52,946 nucleotides of DNA, from assembly GCA_013152275.1 (NCBI GenBank), contig JAADGS010000099.1:1-52946 (forward strand), in the 5' to 3' direction. The stretch comes from Actinomycetota bacterium (GTDB taxonomy: Bacteria; Actinomycetota; Acidimicrobiia; Spongiisociales; UBA4744). Below the pieces are notes generated by a model. The model did no database searches. It was given only the letters and a program-made list of their open reading frames with translations, and was not told where the DNA came from. Every line of letters begins with the position of its first letter. Position 1 is the first letter of the stretch. Positions 27,864 through 38,215 of this stretch are shown in pieces. The translations under genes and the position numbers were made by a program.

Positions 27864-29288
27864 TCAGATGTCGTAGTAGAGGTGGAACTCGTACGGGTGC
27901 GGCCGCAAACGCATCACATCGACCTCGCTGGAGCGCTTGTAGGCGATCCACGTATCGATGAGATCCTGGGTGAACACCTCACCTTTGAGCAGGAAGTCGT
28001 GGTCGGCTTCCAGCGCGTCGAGCGCCTCCTCGAGGCTCCCCGGCACCGACGGCAGGTTCGACAGTTCCTCCGGCGGCAGGTCGTAGATGTCCTTGTCGAC
28101 GGGCGGTGGCGGTTCGATCCGATTCTGAATCCCGTCGAGACCGGCCATGAGCATCGCCGAGAAGGCCAGGTACGGGTTCGCCGACGGATCTGGACAGCGA
28201 AACTCCAGGCGCTTCGCAGCCGGCTTCTGTGAATACAACGGGATGCGCACGGCCGCCGACCGGTTCCTCTGGCTGTACACCAGGTTCACCGGTGCTTCAA
28301 AACCGGGCACGAGTCGCCGGTAGGAGTTCGTTGTCGGTGCGGCAAACGCGAGCACGGCGTCCGCATGCTTCAAGAGGCCTCCGATGTACCAGCGAGCCAT
28401 GTCGGACAGGCCTGCGTAACCGCTTTCGTCGTAGAACAGCGGCTTGCCGTCGGTCCACAGCGACTGGTGGGTGTGCATCCCGGAACCGTTGTCCTCGAAG
28501 ATCGGTTTCGGCATGAACGTCACCGTCTTGCCTGCTCTCCATGCAGTGTTCTTGACGAGGTACTTGAACAGCGTCACGTGGTCCGCCTGCTTCAGAAGCG
28601 TCTCGTAGCGGATATCGATCTCGGCCTGGCCGGCGGTGCCGACCTCGTGGTGATGGACCTCGACCTCGATGCCGGCGTCTTCGAGCAGGGCGGTCATCTC
28701 CGAACGGAGATCCTGGAAATGATCCGTCGGCGGCACCGGGAAGTAACCCTCCTTGTAGCCGGGTTTGTAGCCGAGGTTGCCACCTGCTTCATCTGCCCCG
28801 CTGTTCCAGGCCCCCTCCACCGAGTTGACCTCGTAGAACGCGGAATGCTGATTCTGATCGAACCGGACGGAGTCGAAGATGTAGAACTCGGCTTCCGGAC
28901 CCCAGTAAGACGTCTCGGCGATCCCCGTACCCTGCAGATAGGCCTCGGCCTTCTTGGCGATATAGCGAGGGTCGCGATCGTACGGCTCACCGGTGGTCGG
29001 ATCATGCACGAAGCAGTAGATCAACAGCGTCTTGTGCGCCATGAACGGATCGGGCGTCGCCGTCGAAGCATCGGGAAGCAGCAACATGTCCGATTCCTGG
29101 ATCTCCCGAAAACCGCGGATCGAGGACCCGTCGAACCCGAATCCCTCTTCGAAGCCGGCTTCGGTCAACGTCCCGGCCGGAATCGTGAAGTGCTGCACCT
29201 GGCCTGGCAGGTCACAGAAACGAAGGTCGACGAACTCGAATCCTTCTTCTTCGATGTATCGGATCAACTCGCTGGGCGCGTACGACAA
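27864..29288 (-). CDS. glnA: Glutamine synthetase type I (beta)
   Basis: [26 protein letters not shown]...NGSGMH, adenylylation motif [12 protein letters not shown] start after AGGAGG. Confidence 0.96.
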   Translation of the reverse strand: MSYAPSELIRYIEEEGFEFVDLRFCDLPGQVQHFTIPAGTLTEAGFEEGFGFDGSSIRGFREIQESDMLLLPDASTATPDPFMAHKTLLIYCFVHDPTTGEPYDRDPRYIAKKAEAYLQGTGIAETSYWGPEAEFYIFDSVRFDQNQHSAFYEVNSVEGAWNSGADEAGGNLGYKPGYKEGYFPVPPTDHFQDLRSEMTALLEDAGIEVEVHHHEVGTAGQAEIDIRYETLLKQADHVTLFKYLVKNTAWRAGKTVTFMPKPIFEDNGSGMHTHQSLWTDGKPLFYDESGYAGLSDMARWYIGGLLKHADAVLAFAAPTTNSYRRLVPGFEAPVNLVYSQRNRSAAVRIPLYSQKPAAKRLEFRCPDPSANPYLAFSAMLMAGLDGIQNRIEPPPPVDKDIYDLPPEELSNLPSVPGSLEEALDALEADHDFLLKGEVFTQDLIDTWIAYKRSSEVDVMRLRPHPYEFHLYYDI

Positions 29289-29330
29289 GAATGCTCCTCC
29301 TGGAAGACATGTGGTTTATACCCGAGGAGC

Positions 29331-29380
29331 GTTTCGCGTCAGTTGCCGGAATGTGAACGCCGTGTTTCATCTCTCGTTTC
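29331..29380 (-). promoter_or_regulatory. Array of GlnR-box pentamers
   Basis: Minus strand GAAAC-n7-GAAAC-n6-TTCAC-n6-GCAAC-n6-GAAAC, resembling gTnAc-n6-GaAAc; TATAAA -10-like box at about 29315-29320. Confidence 0.75.
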
Positions 29381-29432
29381 GAGTCGATGCCCGGCCCCGG
29401 CTCCGCTACCTTCTGTAGAGAAAGGAGCCCCA

Positions 29433-30758
29433 ATGGAGAGACAAGCCGAATACGTGCTCCGAACCGTCGAGGAACGAGGGATCCGTTTCATCCGCCTGTG
29501 GTTCACGGATGTACAGGGATTCCTGAAGTCGGTCGCGATCAATCCCGCCGAACTGGAGGTCGCCTTCTCCGAGGGAATGACCTTCGACGGGTCGGCCATC
29601 GACGGATACGCGCGCGTTCAAGAAGCCGACATGATTGCCAAGCCCGATCCTTCCACGTTTCAAATCATCCCGTGGCGGCCCGAACAGCAGGTCGCACGGA
29701 TGTTCTGCGATATCCTCACTCCGAGCGGTGAGCCCTTCGATGGCGACCCACGCTGGGTCTTGAAACGTAACCTTCGTCGGGCGGCCGACCTGGGATTCAC
29801 GTTCTTCGTCGGACCCGAATTGGAGTGGTTCTATTTCAAAGACTCGGGTCCGAACCCGCAAGTGCTCGACCGGGGCGGCTATTTCGACCTGACGCCGCTC
29901 GATGTGGCCCAGGAGTACCGGCGCACGACGATCAACGCGCTCGAGCAACTCGGCATCCCCGTCGAATCGTCGCACCACGAGGTCGCTCCCAGTCAGCACG
30001 AGATCGACCTGCGCTACACCGACGCGCTCACGATGGCGGACAACGTGATGACGTATCGGCTCGCCGTCAAGGAGGTCGCCATCGAGCACGGCATCTACGC
30101 GACGTTCATGCCCAAGCCCTTGGCCAACCACGACGGCAACGGAATGCACGTGCACCTGTCGCTCTTCGAGGGAGACCGCAACGCGTTCTACGAGGCCGGA
30201 TCCGACCTGGGCCTTTCGAAGGTTGCCCAGAGCTTCATCGCCGGGCTCATCAAGCACGGCCCGGAGATCACCGGGGTGACCAACCAATGGGTCAACTCGT
30301 ACAAGCGCCTCGTATCCGGATTCGACGCCCCCCTCTACCTGACGTGGGCCCGCAACAACCAGTCCGCGTTGGTGAGGGTGCCGTCGGTCAAGGCGGGCAA
30401 ACAGGCGTCGACGCGTGTCGAATACCGGGCACCGGACGCCGCATGCAACCCGTACATGGCCTTCTCGGTGTTGCTGGCAGCCGGTCTGACAGGAATCGAG
30501 AACGCATACGAGCTCTCCCCAGAGATGCCCCGGAACGTATACGACCTGACCAAGGCCGAGCGTGCGGCCGCGGACATAGGGACACTCCCGTCGAACCTGT
30601 CGGAAGCCCTTGACCTGATGGAGGACTCCGAGCTGGTGGCCGAGGCGCTCGGCGAGCACATGTTCGGTTGGTTCCTCAAGAACAAGCGCAAAGAGTGGGA
30701 CCGCTACCAACGTCACGTCTCACAGTTCGAGCTCGAGGAGTACCTCCCGATTCTCTGA
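29433..30758 (+). CDS. glnA2: Glutamine synthetase family protein, GlnA2-like
   Basis: MERQAEYVLRTVEERGIRFIRLWFTD, FDGSAIDG, HHEVAPSQHEIDL; AAGGAG RBS. Confidence 0.88.
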   Translation: MERQAEYVLRTVEERGIRFIRLWFTDVQGFLKSVAINPAELEVAFSEGMTFDGSAIDGYARVQEADMIAKPDPSTFQIIPWRPEQQVARMFCDILTPSGEPFDGDPRWVLKRNLRRAADLGFTFFVGPELEWFYFKDSGPNPQVLDRGGYFDLTPLDVAQEYRRTTINALEQLGIPVESSHHEVAPSQHEIDLRYTDALTMADNVMTYRLAVKEVAIEHGIYATFMPKPLANHDGNGMHVHLSLFEGDRNAFYEAGSDLGLSKVAQSFIAGLIKHGPEITGVTNQWVNSYKRLVSGFDAPLYLTWARNNQSALVRVPSVKAGKQASTRVEYRAPDAACNPYMAFSVLLAAGLTGIENAYELSPEMPRNVYDLTKAERAAADIGTLPSNLSEALDLMEDSELVAEALGEHMFGWFLKNKRKEWDRYQRHVSQFELEEYLPIL

Positions 30759-31384
30759 TGCTGATTGCCGTCATCCCCCCCAAGCCGTCCAAGGGCCTCA
30801 CCGAGGCTCTCCTCGTCGCGGGCGTCACGTGGCGCCCGGCGCACGACCCAAGCGACGACTGGGACGAGGCCGGCGTGCTCCTCGTCGAATTGGGTGATGA
30901 CCCGGAGGGCCACCTCGCCTCGGCACGACGAATCTACGAGCGGTCGGGACTGCCGGCGGTCGCCGTGGCCGATCGTGCCGCCGCCGCGACGTTGGAGACC
31001 GCAGGGTTCCTCATGGACTTCATGTTCAACCCGCCGGATCCCGTGGAGCTGCGACTACGGCTGCGAAGACTGGCCGACGGGGCCGACGAGACCGAGGTGC
31101 TGCGCTTCAAGGATCTCGAGATGAACACGGCCACGTATCAGGCGCGCCTCGACGGAGTCCCCCTCGACATGGCCTACATGGAGTACGAGCTGCTCCGCTT
31201 CTTCGTCCAGCATCCGGGGAGGGTGTGGAGTCGTGAACAGCTTCTCTCGCGAGTGTGGGGGTATGACTACTTTGGCGGGGCACGCACCGTCGATGTCCAC
31301 GTGCGACGGCTCCGGGCGAAACTGGGCGAGCAGCGTGCCCGCTGGATCTCCACGGTGCGGTCGGTCGGCTACCGGTTCGGTTGA
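30758..31384 (+). CDS. glnR: OmpR-family regulator, GlnR-like
   Basis: QHPGRVWSREQLLSRVWGYDYFGGARTVDVHVRRLRAKLG; atypical receiver; TGATG-coupled to glnA2. Confidence 0.8.
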   Translation: MLIAVIPPKPSKGLTEALLVAGVTWRPAHDPSDDWDEAGVLLVELGDDPEGHLASARRIYERSGLPAVAVADRAAAATLETAGFLMDFMFNPPDPVELRLRLRRLADGADETEVLRFKDLEMNTATYQARLDGVPLDMAYMEYELLRFFVQHPGRVWSREQLLSRVWGYDYFGGARTVDVHVRRLRAKLGEQRARWISTVRSVGYRFG

Positions 31385-31385
31385 C

Positions 31386-31436
31386 CGTTCTCGTGACGCT
31401 TCAGGGGAATAATCCCCACCAAGCGTCACAAGAACG
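31386..31436. repeat. 51-bp palindromic dispersed element, copy 1
   Basis: CGTTCTCGTGACG-n25-CGTCACAAGAACG with inner GGGGA-ATAA-TCCCC. Confidence 0.88.
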
Positions 31437-31437
31437 G

Positions 31438-34400
31438 TCAACGACACTCCGGCGGGTTCGAACAGCCGATCGCCACGATCGTGCCGCTCAGATCGCCAAC
31501 GATGATTGCACCGTCCAGGATCGCAGGCCGGCTGACAACCCGCCCATCCAACAAGTACCTCCAGAGCTCTTCGTGCGTCTCGAGATCGACCGCGTAGAGA
31601 TACGGCTCGTCGGTCGTGAAGTAGAGCACACCATCGCCGACGATCGGCCATCCGACTCTTCCTTCGAGAGGTGAGACCGTGCTTGTGCTCGGGAACTGCC
31701 AGAGCTGCCGGCGCGACACCGCATCCCACGCCTGGATGAAATTGTCGTTGGCGATGTACAGGACACCGTCCGCGTACGCGGGTGGCGACGTAACCGTGAT
31801 GCTGAGCAGGATGCCGGCTTCCGGGTTGCACGATCCGACCTGGACCGCATACAGATTCTGGGCATCCCGCGCGGGAATGAACACCGTGTCACCTGCGATC
31901 ACCGGCGGAGAAACGATCGTGTCTCCGGTATCGAAGCACTTTCTGGCCTCGCCCGTCAACGCATCGACAGCCCACAAGATCCCTCCCTCCGTGGGAACGT
32001 ACAGGATGCCATCGGCCGCGGCAGACGCCGCCCTGATCGGACTGGCGAGGTCGACATGCCAGCGCTCGTCGAATGGATCTGCCGTATCGGCTGCGTACAG
32101 GACACCCCGATTCGTCCCGAAGTAGACGGTGTCACCGAGCACGAGCGGCGCGCTGACAATCTCTCCGTCTACGACACCTTCCGTCGGAAACTGCCATACC
32201 TGCGCAGTCCGCTTGCGGGCATCGCTGCGAATCCGAAGCACACCGTCCTTGCTCCCGTAGTAGACCCGCATCCCACTGGTCGGATCGAGTCCGCTCATAC
32301 TCGTCAGGAATGCCAGAGTGGGCGGACCGATGATTCCATCTCCGGCGGAGTCCTCGATCCACAACGGCGGAACCCCGGAGGGCATCGCGATGCCGTAGAG
32401 ACTGCCGTCCTCGCTCCCGAAGATCACGCTCTCGCCGAACACGGCGGGCGACGATTCGATCCTGCCGCCGGCGGTGTATTTCCAGTAGTAGCCGTCGGCC
32501 GAACGCACACCTGTCCGTCTCGATGCGCCGGTATTGTGCGCGAGCCGTTCCTGATCGTCCAGATCGCCCGCGAACGTCCACTGGCCGACGACTGTGTTCT
32601 TGGCCGGAGGTCCGAGTTCGGTCTCCCAAATCTCCGGTGGACGAGTCGTCGTCGTGGTCGTTGGGGCGATCACGACAGGGGCGACCGTCGTCGTCGTTGG
32701 CGGCGGATTGACGACCCTGGCGAGGAACCCGCCACCGAGACCGATCGCCGTCACGGCGACCACGGCGGCGGCAACGCGAATCGAAGTCCATCGGAAGGGG
32801 CGTTTGCGCCGCTTCAAACCTCTCGCACGCCGTTGTGCCGGGCTGACCAGCCTGCCTTCGACACCGAGGCCTGCGTCTTGGAGTGCCTGCTCCAACTCCA
32901 CCGAGAGTCGCTCGGATGCCTCGTGGTACGCCTCGTCCCCGACTTCGGGAGCTGCGAGCGCTGCTGCAATCTCCGGAAGCGCCTGCCATGCCTCCCGCCA
33001 CTCTTCGGGGATGTGCGCTGCCATCGCCTTGACCGATGTGATCACCGCTGCAGCTCCCGGCTTGTTCCACAAGCGCCCCGCTTCAGCGGCTTCTGCGGCG
33101 ACCCCCGCCACTCCGAGTTGATCCGCGAGTGCCATCGCCTCGGCTGCCAGAGACGGGTCCCGTTCGGCTTTCGATCGAACGATGAGCAGCCGCGCCGCAG
33201 CGAGATACCACTCCGACTGCAGCAATTCGTCGGTGAGATCGAACGCTTCATCGGCATTCCATGCGTCTCCACTCGCCACACCGATGGCGAGCTGCACAAC
33301 TCGAATCCGCAGACGCCATCTGCGCCCATCGACACCCTTCGGACAGCTTTCGAGTGCCGCCTGCGCCTCTTCTTTCGCCTCTGCCGTCCGGCCCACACCG
33401 AACAGGGCTCTGGCCCGCAGGTATCGGGCGCTGTTCTCCCAGGCAGGTAGCTGCTGGAGAACCAATGCCAGCGTTTTGTCGGCAGCTTCGAGTGCCGTGT
33501 CCCATGCACCGAAACGAATCGCGCCCTCGGCAAGCGCCATGTGCGCCAGGAAGACGGGGCCGGCACTTACGTCGGCATGCCGGATCGACCGGCGCCTCAC
33601 AGCGAGAGCCCGGTCTGGGCGCCCGGCCATGAACAGTGCTCGAGACCACCACGCTTCCCTGTCCGCCATCAAAGCCGGTCCACCGGTGCATCTGGCCTCG
33701 TCGACGAGTCTCGCGAAACCGATCTCTGCGTCGCGCGCTCTCCCTTGGTCGAAGGCCACCCACGCCTCGTTGTAGCGCCCTCGCTGCTGCTGCTGTGCCG
33801 TCCCGTGGGAAGAGAGAATCTTCAACCCTTTGTCGAGTTCTGCATCGGCCTCCTGAGCGAATCCGAGTCGGGCGAGGGTTCTCGCGTGCAGCGTCAAAAG
33901 AGATCCGAGCATTCCGAACTCACCGGCGAGGATGGCTTCCAGAAGCCCTTCCGCCACCAGACGCTCGGCCTCTTGGGGAAGCTGCCGGTCGTCCGCAACC
34001 TGCCCTGCGTGGCCGAGCGCGTGGACGCGGTCGACACCAGACAACCGGTCTGCGGCCACCGTGAGGTCCTCCGCCGCCAGTTCCGACCAACCGGCAAGCC
34101 GGTAGCAGGTAGCTCGCGCCAGGCGGAGTTTTCCCTCCAGTTCGGGGTCTTCCGTGCCGGATGCCTCGTATGCACGAAGCGCACCATCGAGCAACGGATA
34201 CGCCTCCGCGAGATGCTGCCGATCCGCTCGCTCCAGGCCTGCGCGGGCCAGCAGGGGAAGTGCGTCTCCCCACCGGGCAGCATCGAGGTAATAGCCGCCG
34301 ACGAGACCGGGATCCCGCTCTGCGATTCCCGTACGAACGCCGGCATCGGCAAGAGCGCCATACAGTGCGGCTGTCCGCACAGAGCCCAGATACTCCCCGA

Positions 34401-35253
34401 GCCGACCTCTGCCTGGGAGGAAACCCTCCGCCGATTCCGTGGCCAATCCTGCAGCGACGAGGCGCTCACCGATATCGAGAACATCATCCTCGGGGAGGAA
34501 GAGGGCCGCCGCTGCGACGGCGACCGCAACGGGCCGGCGAGCGACAGCCAGCAGCTCTGCAAGCTTTCGTTCCGGACCTTCGAGATGGGCGGCTCGTCCC
34601 AGGACCCCGATCTGCGCGGGGATCGGGGTCCCGGTGGCTACCAGCGTGCCATCCCCCCACCGGACGGCGCCGGCCACCTCCCATGCCTCGAGTGTCTCCA
34701 CTACATTCCCTGCGAGTCCGCTCGATGAGCTGATCAGGTGTGCGGCAAGCCGGTCTGCGTCGCTCCCACCGAACAATCCCTTCACGTCGCCCAGATCCAG
34801 CCGGTCGAGGGTGAGTTCCCAGGACTGCCCCAATCTGCTCGCGGCTTCCATGAGATTCGCATAGGCAAACCGTCGATACCCGGAGATCTCCGAATGGGCG
34901 AGGACGATGATCAGCCCCGAGGAGGCTCGCGCCATCCTTGCTCTGAGCAGTGCAAGCGACGTCGCATCGGCCCACTGGGCGTCGTCGATGAGAAGGGCGC
35001 CTTCGAACTCCCCACCGAGGCCGAGTGCCTCACCGATACTGCCGGGTTCGATCTCGGTCGCCTTGAAAGCGGCCGCTCGCCGAACAGGAACCTCGTCCTG
35101 CGCGAGGCGGCGTTCGAATTCATCGAGGAGACGGGTGCGACCGCTGCCCGCCTCCCCCAGGATCGAGAGCAGCGCAACACCACCGTCACGAGCCACGTGT
35201 TCGGCTTGCTTCAGCGCTTCGAAGTGCTCTCTGCGTCCGAAGAACACGTCCAT
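31438..35253 (-). CDS. AAA/STAND-like ATPase + TPR-like helices + TM + PQQ-like beta-propeller protein
   Basis: GEAGSGRT, LLIDDAQWAD, helical repeats, RRKR then TM, Thr linker, repeated SSPAV..GS.DG.LY / LYAVD..T.EELW blades. Confidence 0.85.
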   Translation of the reverse strand: MDVFFGRREHFEALKQAEHVARDGGVALLSILGEAGSGRTRLLDEFERRLAQDEVPVRRAAAFKATEIEPGSIGEALGLGGEFEGALLIDDAQWADATSLALLRARMARASSGLIIVLAHSEISGYRRFAYANLMEAASRLGQSWELTLDRLDLGDVKGLFGGSDADRLAAHLISSSSGLAGNVVETLEAWEVAGAVRWGDGTLVATGTPIPAQIGVLGRAAHLEGPERKLAELLAVARRPVAVAVAAAALFLPEDDVLDIGERLVAAGLATESAEGFLPGRGRLGEYLGSVRTAALYGALADAGVRTGIAERDPGLVGGYYLDAARWGDALPLLARAGLERADRQHLAEAYPLLDGALRAYEASGTEDPELEGKLRLARATCYRLAGWSELAAEDLTVAADRLSGVDRVHALGHAGQVADDRQLPQEAERLVAEGLLEAILAGEFGMLGSLLTLHARTLARLGFAQEADAELDKGLKILSSHGTAQQQQRGRYNEAWVAFDQGRARDAEIGFARLVDEARCTGGPALMADREAWWSRALFMAGRPDRALAVRRRSIRHADVSAGPVFLAHMALAEGAIRFGAWDTALEAADKTLALVLQQLPAWENSARYLRARALFGVGRTAEAKEEAQAALESCPKGVDGRRWRLRIRVVQLAIGVASGDAWNADEAFDLTDELLQSEWYLAAARLLIVRSKAERDPSLAAEAMALADQLGVAGVAAEAAEAGRLWNKPGAAAVITSVKAMAAHIPEEWREAWQALPEIAAALAAPEVGDEAYHEASERLSVELEQALQDAGLGVEGRLVSPAQRRARGLKRRKRPFRWTSIRVAAAVVAVTAIGLGGGFLARVVNPPPTTTTVAPVVIAPTTTTTTRPPEIWETELGPPAKNTVVGQWTFAGDLDDQERLAHNTGASRRTGVRSADGYYWKYTAGGRIESSPAVFGESVIFGSEDGSLYGIAMPSGVPPLWIEDSAGDGIIGPPTLAFLTSMSGLDPTSGMRVYYGSKDGVLRIRSDARKRTAQVWQFPTEGVVDGEIVSAPLVLGDTVYFGTNRGVLYAADTADPFDERWHVDLASPIRAASAAADGILYVPTEGGILWAVDALTGEARKCFDTGDTIVSPPVIAGDTVFIPARDAQNLYAVQVGSCNPEAGILLSITVTSPPAYADGVLYIANDNFIQAWDAVSRRQLWQFPSTSTVSPLEGRVGWPIVGDGVLYFTTDEPYLYAVDLETHEELWRYLLDGRVVSRPAILDGAIIVGDLSGTIVAIGCSNPPECR

Positions 35254-35298
35254 CGCTCCACCCTACGCCGACCCCGCGCCTCGTGCTGAAAGAAACCC

Positions 35299-36144
35299 TC
35301 AGCGACTCGAGAGTAACCCCAGCACCTTCTGCTCGATCTCCGGCCCGTCAGACCATCGGGCCTCGAGGTTCTCTGCTCCGACCCACGCGAACAGGGCCTG
35401 ACGCAGACCCATGTCGTAGCCCGAACCACTCCCGCAGTCGTATCCGCGTTCCGAGAGCGCGTCTCGCAGCACACGTGCCAACTCGGCATGGATCGGGACG
35501 AACTCGAGATCCTCGGGCCTCGGCAGGAGTAGCCGGTGGATCTCCATCAGCCGGTGCAGCTCGGCCACGGGATCGGTGTGGTCGTCGACGCGCAGATCGA
35601 CGGCCACGTCGCTGCCGGCCAGGTATCCGCCGCCTTGGCGCACGACGAGCAGCGCAGCCGACTGGCGGCCCCGCCGATCTCCCCCGGCGGCGTCACCGGC
35701 GGCCAGGGCGGCGAGCAGACGCGTTGCGAGCTCGCCGGCTCCTGCCTCGAACGCCTCCACCATCCGATCGACGACGTGGGGTCCCGCGAGGATGTTGCCC
35801 TGGCAGGCGTACCCGTCACCTGTACGGCCTCCCGCCCAGTCGAAACAGTCTGTGCCCGTGAACGAGGCCGGCTGCCCCAAGGCGTCGACCATGCCGACCT
35901 GACGAAGTTCACACTTGTCGTCGGCGTTCGTCAACCTCTGGATCGTCGCCTCGGCCGACTCGCCGGCTTCCATCGCCTGCAGCCCGTCCGGCCCGTACGT
36001 CACGTTCGCGTACGACTGGGTTGCGACAGCCCCGGCTCCTGCGCGAGCCCACGGCACAACCGATCCGACGGCCAGGAACTTCGACGCGACGGCCACACCC
36101 CACTCCTGGGCTGCCGGGTCATGAGCAACGATCGAGAAAGTCAT
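35299..36144 (-). CDS. DUF1028 (Ntn-hydrolase-like) protein
   Basis: MTFSIVAHDP...GVAVASKFLAVG, GAVATQS, GGDRRGRQSAA, DLRVDDH. Confidence 0.9.
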   Translation of the reverse strand: MTFSIVAHDPAAQEWGVAVASKFLAVGSVVPWARAGAGAVATQSYANVTYGPDGLQAMEAGESAEATIQRLTNADDKCELRQVGMVDALGQPASFTGTDCFDWAGGRTGDGYACQGNILAGPHVVDRMVEAFEAGAGELATRLLAALAAGDAAGGDRRGRQSAALLVVRQGGGYLAGSDVAVDLRVDDHTDPVAELHRLMEIHRLLLPRPEDLEFVPIHAELARVLRDALSERGYDCGSGSGYDMGLRQALFAWVGAENLEARWSDGPEIEQKVLGLLSSR

Positions 36145-36163
36145 ACAAGCATCCCCACTCTCT

Positions 36164-36214
36164 CGTTCTCGTGACGCTTCAAGGGAATAATCCCCGTCAA
36201 CCGTCACGAGAACG
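36164..36214. repeat. 51-bp palindromic dispersed element, copy 2
   Basis: CGTTCTCGTGACG-n25-CGTCACGAGAACG with inner GGGA-ATAA-TCCC. Confidence 0.88.
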
Positions 36215-36220
36215 GGAGGT

Positions 36221-37747
36221 TTATCCGAACTCGACGCCCTGGGCCAGGGGCATCTCACCGCTCCAGTTGATCGTCGTGGTCTGGCGGCGCATGTAGGCCT
36301 TCCACGCGTCCGATCCGGCCTCTCTGCCTCCGCCGGTCTCCTTCTCACCGCCGAATGCCCCGCCGATCTCGGCACCCGAGGTTCCGATGTTGACGTTGGC
36401 GATTCCGCAGTCGGAACCCTCGTGAGAGAGGAACTTCTCCGCGTTCCTCACCGAGTCGGTGAAAATCGCCGACGACAGCCCTTGGCGAACACCATTCTGG
36501 ATCTCGATCGCTTCCTCTACAGAGGACACCGCGATGATGTACAGCAACGGCGCGAATGTCTCCTCTTGAAGGATCGGGGCATCTTTGGGCATCTTCATGA
36601 TCGTTGGCTCGATGAAGTTCGCACCGAGATCTTCGAGCCGATCACCGCCGCAGAGCAATTCACCGCCCTGCTGCTTGGCGAGATCGATCGCCGTGAGCAT
36701 GTTGAACACCGCCGCCTCGTTGACGAGCGGACCCATCAAGATCCCTGGATCGAGCGGATCACCGACCGAAACCTGGCGGTACGCATCGACCATGCGCCTG
36801 GCAACTTCGTCGACGACTGTTTCGTGCACGATGAGCCTGCGAAGCGAAGTGCACCGCTGCCCGGCAGTGCCGACCGCAGCGAACAGGGCGGCACGCGTCA
36901 CAAGGCCCAGATCTGCATCGTCCATCACGATCATGGCGTTGTTGCCACCAAGCTCGAGCAGCGACCTCCCCAGACGCCGGGCGACGCCGACACCCACCTT
37001 GTACCCCATGTCGCATGAACCAGTCGCCGACACGAGCGGCACGCGGGCGTCCTTGACCATGAGGTCACCGACGTCGGCTCCACTACCGAACGCCAAGTTG
37101 AAAACCCCCTCGAACCCGCTTCCCTCCATCACCGAATGGGTGATGTTCGTTACGGCAATCGCTGCCAGCGGCGTCGAACTGGAAGGTTTCCAGACATTCG
37201 TGTCACCGCAGACGGCAGCGATCAGCGCGTTCCACGACCACACGGCGGTCGGGAAGTTGAACGAAGAGATGATGCCGATCGGTCCGAGCGGATGCCACTG
37301 TTCGTACATGCGGTGTCTCGGCCGCTCCGACGCCATCGTGACGCCGTACAACTGGCGGGAGAGGCCAACCGCGAAGTCGGCAATGTCGATCATCTCCTGA
37401 ATCTCTCCCTCGCCTTCGGAGAGGATCTTGCCCATTTCCATGGTGACCAGCGCACCCAGAGCGCTCTTCTTCTCCCGTAGCGCGTCGCCGACCCTGCGCA
37501 CATACCTTCCCCGCTCCGGCGCAGGGAGCATCCGCCAACGCTTGAACGTCTCAAGGGAATCCTGGATGACGGCCTCATAGTCTTCGGCCGAGGCACGAAC
37601 CACCTTCGCAATCACCTCACCGGTTGCCGGGTTGACCGACTCCATGGTCTTGCCGTGGGCCTGTTTCCAGCCGCTCGCATAGACACCCGAGTTGACCTCG
37701 GACAACCCGAGCGTGTCGAGAATCTCGTTCACATCCGTCTCCTTCAC
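36221..37747 (-). CDS. Aldehyde dehydrogenase, ALDH7 / piperideine-6-carboxylate dehydrogenase-like
   Basis: FNFPTAVWSWN, LELGGNN, GTAGQRCT, SGAEIGGAFGGEKETGGGREAGSDAWK. Confidence 0.93.
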   Translation of the reverse strand: MKETDVNEILDTLGLSEVNSGVYASGWKQAHGKTMESVNPATGEVIAKVVRASAEDYEAVIQDSLETFKRWRMLPAPERGRYVRRVGDALREKKSALGALVTMEMGKILSEGEGEIQEMIDIADFAVGLSRQLYGVTMASERPRHRMYEQWHPLGPIGIISSFNFPTAVWSWNALIAAVCGDTNVWKPSSSTPLAAIAVTNITHSVMEGSGFEGVFNLAFGSGADVGDLMVKDARVPLVSATGSCDMGYKVGVGVARRLGRSLLELGGNNAMIVMDDADLGLVTRAALFAAVGTAGQRCTSLRRLIVHETVVDEVARRMVDAYRQVSVGDPLDPGILMGPLVNEAAVFNMLTAIDLAKQQGGELLCGGDRLEDLGANFIEPTIMKMPKDAPILQEETFAPLLYIIAVSSVEEAIEIQNGVRQGLSSAIFTDSVRNAEKFLSHEGSDCGIANVNIGTSGAEIGGAFGGEKETGGGREAGSDAWKAYMRRQTTTINWSGEMPLAQGVEFG

Positions 37748-38124
37748 CGACTCGCCACAACTTCGATCTCGACGAGAAAACCGCCGGGCAACGCAGCGAC
37801 TTCCACGGTCGCCCTCGCCGGCGGATCGCCCTCGAACCGCTTGCCATACACCTCGTTCACGATCGGAAAGTCGGCCATATTGGCCAGAAAGATCGTCGTC
37901 TTCACAACATCGGAGAACCCGAGACCGATATCGCCGAGGATCGCACCGACATTCGCCATGATCTGTCCGGTCTGGGCGGCAACATCGTCGGGAGCGCGTT
38001 CCCCGGTCGCCGGATCGATCGCAACCTGTCCGGAGATGAACACCAGGCCCCCTGCCTCCACGGCCACCGAATATGGTCCCATTGCTGCCGGTGCACTGGG
38101 TGTTTCGAGTACTCGTTTCGCCAT
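37744..38124 (-). CDS. RidA/YjgF family enamine deaminase
   Basis: APAAMGPYS, FISGQ, PARATVEVAALP..LVEIE. Confidence 0.92.
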   Translation of the reverse strand: MAKRVLETPSAPAAMGPYSVAVEAGGLVFISGQVAIDPATGERAPDDVAAQTGQIMANVGAILGDIGLGFSDVVKTTIFLANMADFPIVNEVYGKRFEGDPPARATVEVAALPGGFLVEIEVVASR

Positions 38125-38215
38125 GACTGCTCCTCGTTGCGTTGTGGGATCAAGGCTACCTCCCCCCAGTCTCGTCAATGCCGCTCGTACCGTTTCGCGC
38201 CGGCATCGACGAGAC

